A stretch of DNA of 56,340 nt, taken from Patescibacteria group bacterium (GTDB taxonomy: Bacteria; Patescibacteriota; Minisyncoccia; GWC2-36-17; M10-OD1-4). The translations under genes and the position numbers were made by a program. Numbering within the stretch: position 1 is the first letter of the stretch; the number at the start of each line of letters is the position of its first letter. The stretch is from contig JBBTYT010000006.1 in assembly GCA_038061695.1 (NCBI GenBank), forward strand, positions 1-56,340, in the 5' to 3' direction. Under the pieces are notes generated by a model. That model saw only the letters and a list, made by a program, of their open reading frames with translations, was not told where the DNA came from and did not search any database. Shown here one piece after another: positions 29,997 to 38,966 of the stretch.

Positions 29997-31545
29997 AAAG
30001 AAATTAAAAACTGTCAGGTCAAGAATAGAAATTTTATTTATTGGTATCTTTTTATTTCTCATATTTATTACACCTGTTTTTGCTAACGCTCAAATTATCA
30101 TAAATGAAATTGCTTGGATGGGCACTGCAACATCTACAAATGATGAATGGTTGGAGATTTATAATCAGAATCAAGAAAATATAGATTTATCAGGTTGGAC
30201 TTTAGATGCTTTAGATGGAACTCCAAGGATAGAGCTTACCGGCAACATCCTGCCACAAGGATATTTTTTACTTGAGAGGACAGATGACTCTACTATTCCT
30301 AATATTACAGCAGATCAAATATATCAAGGAGCGCTTTCAAATGCAGGAGAAATTTTAATTTTAAAAAATTCTCAAGGTTTAGAAATTGATAGAGTGGATG
30401 GTTCAAATGATTGGACGAGCGTTGGTGGAGATAATGATTCAAAATATACTGCCCAGAAGATTTCAAATGGTTGGGTTACTATGGAGCCGACTCCAAAAGC
30501 TATAAATGTCTCGGTTGATAAGCCAGAGGAAAATTCTCCAAATATAGCTACTCAGACAAATATAGAAAATCCATTAGTAATATCATCCGATGTTAATTCT
30601 ACTGTTTCTAGAGAGGCTTTTATAAAAGCTGATGCAGGCGAGAATATAATAGCTCAGGTTGGTCAGAATATATTTTTTGATGGATCTAAATCTGAAGGAA
30701 ATAATATGAATTTTTCTTGGAATATGGGAAACGGAGATGTTAAGAATGAAAAGTCTTTTCTGTATAATTTCTCTTTTCCTGGTAAATATTTAGTTACGCT
30801 TTTTGTTGAAGACGGATTGCATAAGAGTCAAGATCAAATTGATGTAACTATTTATCCATCGAGTATATTTATATCAGAATTTTTCTCTGGAGATAAACAA
30901 AACATCGGTTGGATAGAAATTTTTAATAATTCAGAAAACTTTGTTGATATTTCAGGTTGGAAAATTGATAATGGCGGAGATACATTCGAGATTCCAAAAG
31001 GTACATTTTTAGCTTCAGGTAATTATCTTATTTTCTCTGAGGGTGTTTTAGGTTCCGACTTTATTACTTCAAAAGGAGAAATATTTTTGTTATATCCTAA
31101 TGGTCAGACAAAAGATAAAGTAAAGTATGATTTTTTAGATAATCAATTTTCCGCTTCAAGAAAAAATAAAGAAGAATTTGTTTTTACGAAAAGTAAAACA
31201 CCAGGTTTTAGCAATGTTACAACATATTCTGACGAAGTCTCTGTTTCTGATTTTAAAAAATTGAGTGTAAATAAAAATAAGGGAGTGCCAAAAAATCTAA
31301 TATCAGAAAATTTTGCATCTTTTGTTAGCGTGGCTGGTAAGAAAAGTTTTTTAATAGAGCCTGCTTATGCTATGGTTTCTGATGGAGAGGAAGAATTTTA
31401 TCATCAAGATAAAAAATTAAATCTAAGTTCAAATGCCTCCTCTTTATTTAATGATAATTTTACTTTAATTGCTTTTTTTGCAGTAGTTGTATTTTTAGCA
31501 GGATTTTTATTAGCAAAAAAGATTGTTTTTAAAAAGATTCAATAA
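29986..31545 (+). CDS. Surface protein: lamin-tail domain, PKD domain, second lamin-tail domain, C-terminal TM
   Basis: IIINEIAWMG...DEWLEIYN...IDLSGW; FDGS.S...WNMGNG...PGKYLVTL; IFISEF...WIEIFN...DISGW. Confidence 0.8.
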   Translation: MKIKKKLKTVRSRIEILFIGIFLFLIFITPVFANAQIIINEIAWMGTATSTNDEWLEIYNQNQENIDLSGWTLDALDGTPRIELTGNILPQGYFLLERTDDSTIPNITADQIYQGALSNAGEILILKNSQGLEIDRVDGSNDWTSVGGDNDSKYTAQKISNGWVTMEPTPKAINVSVDKPEENSPNIATQTNIENPLVISSDVNSTVSREAFIKADAGENIIAQVGQNIFFDGSKSEGNNMNFSWNMGNGDVKNEKSFLYNFSFPGKYLVTLFVEDGLHKSQDQIDVTIYPSSIFISEFFSGDKQNIGWIEIFNNSENFVDISGWKIDNGGDTFEIPKGTFLASGNYLIFSEGVLGSDFITSKGEIFLLYPNGQTKDKVKYDFLDNQFSASRKNKEEFVFTKSKTPGFSNVTTYSDEVSVSDFKKLSVNKNKGVPKNLISENFASFVSVAGKKSFLIEPAYAMVSDGEEEFYHQDKKLNLSSNASSLFNDNFTLIAFFAVVVFLAGFLLAKKIVFKKIQ

Positions 31546-32846
31546 TGTTTGACATAAATAAATGTAAGAAAGTTTATATAGTTGGAATTAAAGGGGTTGG
31601 ATCAGCGGCTTTGGCTGAGATGTTAAAAAGTAATGGATATGATGTAAGTGGCTCTGATATTGATGAGGAGTTTTTGACAGACATAGCTTTAAAGCATGCA
31701 GGTATATCTGTATTTAAATTTGGAGAAGGAGATTTTAAAGGTGTGGACGCTATTGTTAGATCGGTGGCTTATAATCAAGATAATAATATTGATATTAAGA
31801 AAGCCTACGAGTTAAAAATTCCAATTTTTACATATCCTGAGGTGGTCTCTTATTTTTTTAATAGCGTTTTTGGTATTGCTGTGGTAGGTAGTCATGGAAA
31901 GACGACAACAACAGCTATGTTGGCTGATATCTTGTATAAATCAGGATTAAATTTAAACTCAATAGTCGGATCAGTTGTGAATGATTGGGGGAGCGGATCA
32001 AAAACAAATAATTTAAATAGAAGTGACGCTGTGTTTGTTTTGGAAGCAGATGAATATAGAGAGGCATTTTTAAATTATAAGTCAAAAGGAGCTATTATAA
32101 CTAATATAGATTATGATCATCCTGATTGTTATAAAACGGAAGACGAATATAAATTTGCATTTTTAAAATTTGCAGAGAGTATTCAGGATGGTGGATTTTT
32201 AGTGGTAAATAAAGATGATAAAAATTTACTTAAGATAGTAAAAGATTTAAAATGTAAAGTTATTTTTTTTGGCAAGGATAATTTAAAAATTTTCCATCTT
32301 AAGATACCAGGAGAGCATAATATTATGAATGCTAATGCGGCATTTTTAGCGGCGCTTGAGCTAGGAGTGAGCGAGAGTGATGCAAAAAAATATTTAGAGG
32401 AGTTTAATGGAACAGCAAGAAGGTTTGAAGTTGTTGGTAAAATAAAAGATGCTGTTATAGTTGACGATTATGCTCATCATCCGTCGGAGATAAAGGCGAC
32501 TTTAAGAGGTGCAAGGGAGGTATTTCCTGATAAAAAATTAGTGGCTATTTTCCAGCCACATACTTATTCAAGAACGAAGATTTTTTTCAATGATTTTATA
32601 GAAGCATTAAAGTTAGCCGATGAAGTTGTTTTAACAGATATTTTTTCTTCAGCAAGAGAGTCCTTTGATGGGAGCGTGAGTATAAAGAATATGTCAGATA
32701 GTATAGGTGATAACTCTTTTTATATTCAAAATAAAGATGATATAGCCGGGTATTGTAAGAAGTATTTAATTGAAGATGTGGTTATTATTTTTATGGGAGC
32801 CGGAGATATTTGGCAATCAGCAAAGATGTTATGTGGTAGTCGGTAG
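31545..32846 (+). CDS. murC: UDP-N-acetylmuramate-L-alanine ligase
   Basis: GIKGVG, GSHGKTTTT, EADE, DYDHPD, DDYAHHP, FQPH.YSRT, MGAGDI. Confidence 0.93.
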   Translation: MFDINKCKKVYIVGIKGVGSAALAEMLKSNGYDVSGSDIDEEFLTDIALKHAGISVFKFGEGDFKGVDAIVRSVAYNQDNNIDIKKAYELKIPIFTYPEVVSYFFNSVFGIAVVGSHGKTTTTAMLADILYKSGLNLNSIVGSVVNDWGSGSKTNNLNRSDAVFVLEADEYREAFLNYKSKGAIITNIDYDHPDCYKTEDEYKFAFLKFAESIQDGGFLVVNKDDKNLLKIVKDLKCKVIFFGKDNLKIFHLKIPGEHNIMNANAAFLAALELGVSESDAKKYLEEFNGTARRFEVVGKIKDAVIVDDYAHHPSEIKATLRGAREVFPDKKLVAIFQPHTYSRTKIFFNDFIEALKLADEVVLTDIFSSARESFDGSVSIKNMSDSIGDNSFYIQNKDDIAGYCKKYLIEDVVIIFMGAGDIWQSAKMLCGSR

Positions 32847-32884
32847 ATTATAACATATTTTTTTTATGTTATAATACTAGATAT

Positions 32885-34588
32885 ATGAGATTTAAATTTT
32901 TAATATATTTTTTTACTTTTTTTTTCTTCTTTCAAGCGAGTATTGCAAATGCCGCCTCGATAGGTCAGATGCAGGATTTTTTTACCGATGCTGTTTTTGC
33001 AGATAAAGAAAGAACGGATATTAAGGCCACTTTAAGGTTTGAGGGTGAACACGCGTATTATTATATAGATAATGAATATTTTGATTCCTTGAGAGGAGAG
33101 GAGGCTTTTAAGATTTTAACTTCACTTAAGAAGATATCTTTAGAATACGATTTAAAGATATATCCAACTCTGACGAAAGAAATAGGTCAGATAAGAGAGC
33201 CAGGCTTAGATAATGATAATAAGATTTATATTTTATTTTTAAAATTAAAAGAAGGAAATGGCGGATATATGAATACAGCAGATCTTTTTTTAAAGAGCCA
33301 AACCAAAGATGTGCCTACTAATGAGAAAGAGATGATATATTTGAATGCTGATTTGATCAACAGCGATGATATAAATGCTATTTTATCACATGAACTACAA
33401 CATCTTATCAGTGCTTATTTTAAGGAAATTCAAAAAAATATAGCAGATGATATATGGTTAAATGAAATGAGAAGTGAGTATGCTGTAGATGTTTTAGGAT
33501 ATAATAATCCATACAAAGGGAGTTTTTTAGAATCCAGATCATTAATTTTTGAGAAGAATCCTGAGGATTCTATTGTTGGATGGCGCAACAATCAAATTGA
33601 TTATGCTGTCGTTAGTATTTTAGGGTATTATTTGGTTGAAAATTTCGGAAAGGATATTTTTAAAGAGACTTTGAAAAGCGATAAGATTGGTATAGATAGT
33701 ATTAATGATGCTCTTAAGAATCTTGGTTTTTCTGTATCATTTGCCGATATCTTCAAAAAGTGGCAAATTGCAAATTATTTAAATGATGAAAATTTATTTG
33801 GTAAAGGATATGGATATTTAAATCCAAGCTTAAACTTTAAGATAAAGCCATCAATATTCCATGAGGTGTTTGAAGGGGATATTAAGGAATTTAATTATAT
33901 TGTGGATGATTGGCAATTATCATTTTTAGAGTATTATGGTAATGTAGGAAAAATTAATATAGAATTTGAGGGTAAGGATAATTCAGTATTTGATGTGTCA
34001 TATATTTTAAATAGAAGAGATAAGAGTTCTTTGTTTGGTTCTATTAAGTTAGAAAACAACAGAGGTTATTTTTCTATAGATGATCTTGGTGGTGATATCA
34101 GTAGTATAGTTTTATTGCCATTTTCAAAAACAAGATTAAGTGATTTTGCTAAGAATGATATAAAAAGAAATTTTGTAGTTAGAGTTTCCACTGGCATTGA
34201 GCAAATAAAAAATGTTATTATTTCTATTGTTGATGAGCAAACTTTTAAGGAAGGATTATTAATAAGACCCGTTTGGGATTTTAAGGTATATTCAGTAAAT
34301 AAAAGTGGCTATATAAGACATATAATAAATCAGAAAATATTAAGTTTTTATAAATTTTCTGACATAGCTGTTGTTGATAGAGATGATTTTAATTTTTATA
34401 AAGAAAGTTCGTTGGTAAGAGCAGAGAATGATTATAAGATTTATTATATTGATTCTTTTGGTGTAAAACATTGGCTTGAAATGACTGCAGAAAAATTTTT
34501 AATGAGCGGAAGAAAATTTGATTCGGTTTTTCAAATTAGCAAAAATGAATTAGAATTATATAAGAATGGCAATAATATAATAGATTAA
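32885..34588 (+). CDS. Secreted zinc metallopeptidase (HExxH) with C-terminal surface-module repeat
   Basis: Signal peptide, SHELQHLI, WLNE..SE; last ~110 aa resemble the N-terminal module of the 10942 protein. Confidence 0.75.
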   Translation: MRFKFLIYFFTFFFFFQASIANAASIGQMQDFFTDAVFADKERTDIKATLRFEGEHAYYYIDNEYFDSLRGEEAFKILTSLKKISLEYDLKIYPTLTKEIGQIREPGLDNDNKIYILFLKLKEGNGGYMNTADLFLKSQTKDVPTNEKEMIYLNADLINSDDINAILSHELQHLISAYFKEIQKNIADDIWLNEMRSEYAVDVLGYNNPYKGSFLESRSLIFEKNPEDSIVGWRNNQIDYAVVSILGYYLVENFGKDIFKETLKSDKIGIDSINDALKNLGFSVSFADIFKKWQIANYLNDENLFGKGYGYLNPSLNFKIKPSIFHEVFEGDIKEFNYIVDDWQLSFLEYYGNVGKINIEFEGKDNSVFDVSYILNRRDKSSLFGSIKLENNRGYFSIDDLGGDISSIVLLPFSKTRLSDFAKNDIKRNFVVRVSTGIEQIKNVIISIVDEQTFKEGLLIRPVWDFKVYSVNKSGYIRHIINQKILSFYKFSDIAVVDRDDFNFYKESSLVRAENDYKIYYIDSFGVKHWLEMTAEKFLMSGRKFDSVFQISKNELELYKNGNNIID

Positions 34589-34596
34589 GAAAAATT

Positions 34597-35568
34597 ATGA
34601 AATTTAATGAATTTGGTAAATCATATAGGAATATCCCATTATCTTTATATAATACATTTGGCATAGGCGGGAACGCAGATATTTTTGTTGAGGTTGCGAC
34701 AAAAGATGAATTAAAAGATGCTCTATTTTTTGCTATTCAAAATAATATTCCATATTATATTTTAGGTGGTGGGACTAATGTTCTGGCATCTGATGAGGGT
34801 TTTAATGGAATTGTTATAAAAATTAAAATTCAGGATATTTCTTTTAATTATGATAAAAAATATGCAATCGTTGGTGCTGGAGTACCGATGGGTGCTTTAT
34901 TAAATAAAGCAAAAAATCTTGGTCTTTCTGGACTTGAATGGGCAGCTGGATTGCCAGGAACATTGGGTGGAGCTATTTTTGGTAATGCCGGATCTTGTGG
35001 TGGCTCTATTGCTGATAATATTGATTTTGTGGAAGTACTAGATCCAACAACAATGACATTTAAGTGTATTACGCTTGATGAGTGCAACTTTAAATATAGA
35101 AGCAGTAACTTTAAAAAGAATGGATTAATAATCATTGGAGCTATGTTAAAACTTCGAGATAATGATTCCGTTGAAATAATGAATAAAATGTCGGAAAATA
35201 TGTTGTTTAGAAGAAATCATCAGCCTCTTTCAGAAAGATCAGAAGGATGTGTTTTTAAGAATGTTGATTTAAGCGAGAGAAGAGATATTCCTCTTGATAT
35301 TTGGAGTGGTATTCCAGAATTTTCTGTATTTGTTAAAAAAGGTGTAGTGCCGGCAGGATTTTTAATAGACAGAGCAGGACTAAAAGAATTTAAAATCGGA
35401 GGAGCAAAGATATCTGATAGGCATGCGAACTTTATAGTCAATGAAGATAATGCAAAGGCAAAGGATATATATGATTTAATTTACGAAGTTAAAAAGAGAG
35501 TTAAAGAAAAATTTATGGTAGAGCTTGAAGAAGAGGTTCAATTTATTGGTTTTAAAAATAAAATATAA
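34597..35568 (+). CDS. murB: UDP-N-acetylenolpyruvoylglucosamine reductase
   Basis: GGGTNVL, GLPGTLGGA..GNAG, YRSS, S.GCVFKN, HANF, LEEEV. Confidence 0.95.
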   Translation: MKFNEFGKSYRNIPLSLYNTFGIGGNADIFVEVATKDELKDALFFAIQNNIPYYILGGGTNVLASDEGFNGIVIKIKIQDISFNYDKKYAIVGAGVPMGALLNKAKNLGLSGLEWAAGLPGTLGGAIFGNAGSCGGSIADNIDFVEVLDPTTMTFKCITLDECNFKYRSSNFKKNGLIIIGAMLKLRDNDSVEIMNKMSENMLFRRNHQPLSERSEGCVFKNVDLSERRDIPLDIWSGIPEFSVFVKKGVVPAGFLIDRAGLKEFKIGGAKISDRHANFIVNEDNAKAKDIYDLIYEVKKRVKEKFMVELEEEVQFIGFKNKI

Positions 35569-35805
35569 TATTTTTTTTAACATAGATTATAAAAATTAGT
35601 TGTCCACAGTTATTTTTATTTTTATTTGTTGTATAATAAAAGTATAAAAAGTTTCAGAAATTTATTTTTTAATAAGCATATAAAAAAGGTCGCGTTCTTT
35701 TAAATATTATTTTTAGAGATTTACAAAATAATAATTTCAGCACTTAAAGTATAAATTGCTTTTAGTTTAATTTAAGAAATTATTGTGAAATAAATTTAAT
35801 AAAAA

Positions 35806-35910
35806 ATGGCAGCAAAGAAAAAAGCAGTAAGGAAAGTTGCAAAGAAGAAAGTTGCAAAAAAAGCAGTAAGGAAAGTTGCAAAGAAGAAAGTTGCAAAAAG
35901 AAGAAAATAG
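35806..35910 (+). CDS. 34-aa Lys/Ala/Val-rich histone-H1-like peptide (absent from the ORF track)
   Basis: MAAKKKAVRKVAKKKVAKKAVRKVAKKKVAKRRK; upstream TATAAT (35632) and its own terminator. Confidence 0.8.
   Translation: MAAKKKAVRKVAKKKVAKKAVRKVAKKKVAKRRK
35818..35895 (+). repeat. Exact 39-nt tandem duplication within the small basic ORF
   Basis: 35818-35856 is identical to 35857-35895 (KKAVRKVAKKKVA x2). Confidence 0.95.
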
Positions 35911-35918
35911 TTTTCCCT

Positions 35919-35951
35919 CAAAAACCATCTAATTCAAATAGGTGGTTTTTG
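35919..35951 (+). terminator. Intrinsic terminator
   Basis: CAAAAACCATCTA-loop-TAGGTGGTTTTTG followed by TTTT. Confidence 0.8.
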
Positions 35952-36071
35952 TTTTCTATCAATATTGTTTTTTTATCAATTTTGATATATAACTAATCTA
36001 TAGTTAATATGGGCTTGTCGTGTAGCTGATTTAATAAATATTAATCATTATTAGATAGTGTCTAAATTCAA

Positions 36072-37040
36072 ATGTTAGTAGATGAAGTTACAATAGATAT
36101 TTTTGGAGGGCGAGGAGGGGATGGTAGAGCTCATTTTGATGGTAGTAAATCAAAAGAGGGTATTGATGGCGGCAATGGCGGTGATGGCGGATCAGTATTT
36201 GTTATTGGAGTTTCAGATTTGGGGGCATTGAATCAATTTAGATTTAAAAAATCTTTTAAGACAGAAGATGGTGGAAGAGGTGGTGTAAAAAAAATGCATG
36301 GCAAGAACGGAGAAGATATGATTTTAAAAGTGCCAATAGGAACAATCATTCATAACTTAGATACTAATAAGAAGAAGGAGGTTTTAAATGTAGGAGATAC
36401 TTTTAAAATAGCTTCCGGTGGAAAAGGCGGTAGAGGTAATGTAGAATTTAAATCAAGCAGGAATACATCTCCACAGGAATTTGAGATAGGAAAAGAAGGC
36501 GAGCATTTTAAAATATTTTTAGAGCTTCAATTAATAGCGCAAGTTGGTTTTATTGGTCTTCCTAATGCTGGTAAATCAAGTATGTTAAATGAGCTTACAG
36601 CGGCAAGCGCTAAAGTTGCAAATTATAGATTTACGACACTTGAGCCAAATCTCGGGGTTTTAGACGGTTTGATATTAGCGGATATACCTGGACTTATTGA
36701 TGGCGCTTCTTTAGGTAAAGGGCTTGGTATTAAATTCTTGAAACATATTAAAAGAACGAAGACGATAATTCATTTTATATCAATAGAGTCAGAAGATCTT
36801 ATAGAAGATTATAATATTATTCAAAGTGAATTGAAGAAATATGATCCTCTTCTTGCAGATAGAGAGAAGTGTATATTTTTAACAAAGCATGATCTTTGTT
36901 CAAAGAAAAAGATAGAAGAAAAGATAAAGATATTAAAAAAAGTTTCTAAAAATATCATACCTGTGTCTGTGTATGATTCTGATAGTATTGATGTTGTAAA
37001 GGCTATGCTTTTTAAATTAACCGGTTTTAATAATTCCTGA
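36072..37040 (+). CDS. obgE: GTPase Obg/CgtA
   Basis: Gly-rich Obg fold (GGNGGDGG, GGKGGRGN), GLPNAGKS, FTTLEPNLG, DIPGL. Confidence 0.95.
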   Translation: MLVDEVTIDIFGGRGGDGRAHFDGSKSKEGIDGGNGGDGGSVFVIGVSDLGALNQFRFKKSFKTEDGGRGGVKKMHGKNGEDMILKVPIGTIIHNLDTNKKKEVLNVGDTFKIASGGKGGRGNVEFKSSRNTSPQEFEIGKEGEHFKIFLELQLIAQVGFIGLPNAGKSSMLNELTAASAKVANYRFTTLEPNLGVLDGLILADIPGLIDGASLGKGLGIKFLKHIKRTKTIIHFISIESEDLIEDYNIIQSELKKYDPLLADREKCIFLTKHDLCSKKKIEEKIKILKKVSKNIIPVSVYDSDSIDVVKAMLFKLTGFNNS

Positions 37041-37089
37041 TGTATAAAATCATATCTGATAATACTTTCTTTGTAGTATAATATTAACT

Positions 37090-37410
37090 ATGATGAATAA
37101 TTTACACGAAGACAAAAAATATTTTTGCAGGATATGCGGAAATATTCTAAAGATAAAAAAGGAGCTTTTGTTTTGTTATGTTTGTAATATTTTTATAGGT
37201 GATCCAGCAACATATCAGAAAGCATTTAATCCAAATTCTTTTAACTCTATTTATGGCAGAGTAAAAACTATAAATAGAAATAAAAATGATAGTGATATAT
37301 CTATTATGATATCTATTTATGTTTTTATGGTTTTTATTGTTGGTATTTTCATTTTATTGTATTTTGGATTCAATTCAGAAATATTATTTGGAGGCATTGA
37401 TATGTTCTAG
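37090..37410 (+). CDS. Small zinc-ribbon + TM hypothetical protein
   Basis: CRIC...CYVC and a C-terminal hydrophobic helix. Confidence 0.55.
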   Translation: MMNNLHEDKKYFCRICGNILKIKKELLFCYVCNIFIGDPATYQKAFNPNSFNSIYGRVKTINRNKNDSDISIMISIYVFMVFIVGIFILLYFGFNSEILFGGIDMF

Positions 37411-37452
37411 ATTATATTATATAATGAAAACAGGATTTTTTGTTATATATAA

Positions 37453-37710
37453 ATGTTCATTTTAAGGAGAATAAAGAATAATATGAATAATAAAACGGAT
37501 TCAAGTTTTGAATATGTTTGTGTGTTGGTTCTGGATGGAAATACGTATGAACTTAGAGAATTTTTTAATAAATGTAACAATAAGACTACGAAGGCATTAG
37601 GTGACCTTTTGATAGATATATCACAATTACCATCGGGGGAAAAAAAATTGTTTGGCGATGATATATCTAATATACTAGCATTAGTATCCAAAAAAATAAC
37701 TAAAAAATAA
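37453..37710 (+). CDS. Small hypothetical protein
   Basis: Fills the gap before a terminator; start uncertain. Confidence 0.4.
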   Translation: MFILRRIKNNMNNKTDSSFEYVCVLVLDGNTYELREFFNKCNNKTTKALGDLLIDISQLPSGEKKLFGDDISNILALVSKKITKK

Positions 37711-37727
37711 CTAGTATAACTAAGTAG

Positions 37728-37758
37728 AAACCTCTCAACCTTATGGTCGAGAGGTTTT
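37728..37758 (+). terminator. Probable terminator hairpin
   Basis: AAACCTCTCAACC-TTAT-GGTCGAGAGGTTTT. Confidence 0.65.
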
Positions 37759-37820
37759 AAATTTGTAAAGTTTTTATTTTCTATCTTTTCTGGTATAATT
37801 CTATTAGTAGTTTATTTTTT

Positions 37821-38963
37821 ATGATTAAGATTATTCATACTGGAGATATACACTTAGGGGCTAAATTCTCCTCATTTGGTAAAAAAGCTAGTCAGCAAAG
37901 ACAAGCTCTTTTAAATTCGTTCAAAAAAATTGTTGACGAGACTATTTTAAGGAAGGCTAATATCCTTTTAATAGCAGGAGATCTTTTTGATTCTAATTTT
38001 CCTTCATACGATACCGTTAATCTTATTAAGAGTGAGTTAAAAAAATTAGATGAATTAAATATATTTGTTGCAATATCACCAGGAACACATGATTGTCTTT
38101 CAGCTGATTCTATATATAAAAGAGAAGATTTTTCGGCAGGACTTTCCCATATTTATGTTTTTAATAATGAGAATGTAAAATTTAAATTTTTTCCTGAGCT
38201 TGATCTTGTTTTATATGCTCAGGCAAATACAGCTAATAAATCTAAGAAAAGTCCAATAAAATTTCTTCAATCAGAGACAAAAAATGATGCAAAATATAAA
38301 ATTGCTATGGCTCATGGTTCTGTCCAAATAGAAGGTAAGTCTGCTGAAGATGATTGGCCAATAACGCTTGGTGATATTTCAAAATCAGGTATGCAGTATA
38401 TAGCTTTGGGGCATTGGCATGGAGCGCAGGATTTTTCTTTTGGACAGACAAAAGCGTGGTATTGTGGCTCACCGGAAATAACATATAAAGAGGGTAAGGG
38501 TGGTATTGGACAAGGTTATGCTATGGAGGTTAATATTACAAATAATGTAGAAGTAAAGCCTTTTAAAGTGAGTAGTAAGGAGGTAGAAGAGTTTGATTTA
38601 GATGTGTCTTTATTTGACGGTATGGACTCTATTTATAAAGAGATAGATAAGAAATCCAATGAAAATATAATCTTGATTTTAAATATTTCTGGTATGATGA
38701 ATCCAAATCTATTTTTAGATAGAGAGAAAATTGAAGATGATTTTAGAGATAAGTTTTTTTTCATTAAGGTAAAAAATAATTCTTCACTTAGAATAGAAAA
38801 CATTACAGAAAGTGAGTATCCGGAAGATATGGTTATAGGGCAGTTTGTGAGGTTGATGAAGGAAAAAATTAACACTGCACAAAATGAAGATGATAAAAAG
38901 ATTTTTAATGAAGCTCTTCAGCTTGGTGTTGCTGAACTGGAGGGTAAAGAAGTTTTAATATAA
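37821..38963 (+). CDS. Mre11/SbcD-family (YhaO-like) metallophosphoesterase nuclease
   Basis: HTGDIHLG, AGDLFD, PGTHD, AHG, YIALGHWH, YCGSPE. Confidence 0.9.
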   Translation: MIKIIHTGDIHLGAKFSSFGKKASQQRQALLNSFKKIVDETILRKANILLIAGDLFDSNFPSYDTVNLIKSELKKLDELNIFVAISPGTHDCLSADSIYKREDFSAGLSHIYVFNNENVKFKFFPELDLVLYAQANTANKSKKSPIKFLQSETKNDAKYKIAMAHGSVQIEGKSAEDDWPITLGDISKSGMQYIALGHWHGAQDFSFGQTKAWYCGSPEITYKEGKGGIGQGYAMEVNITNNVEVKPFKVSSKEVEEFDLDVSLFDGMDSIYKEIDKKSNENIILILNISGMMNPNLFLDREKIEDDFRDKFFFIKVKNNSSLRIENITESEYPEDMVIGQFVRLMKEKINTAQNEDDKKIFNEALQLGVAELEGKEVLI

Positions 38964-38966
38964 AAT

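Noticed and set aside
36011-36028. tRNA-like 5' fragment GGGCTTGTCGTGTAGCTG upstream of obg
   Set aside because: No T-arm, anticodon arm or matching acceptor strand.
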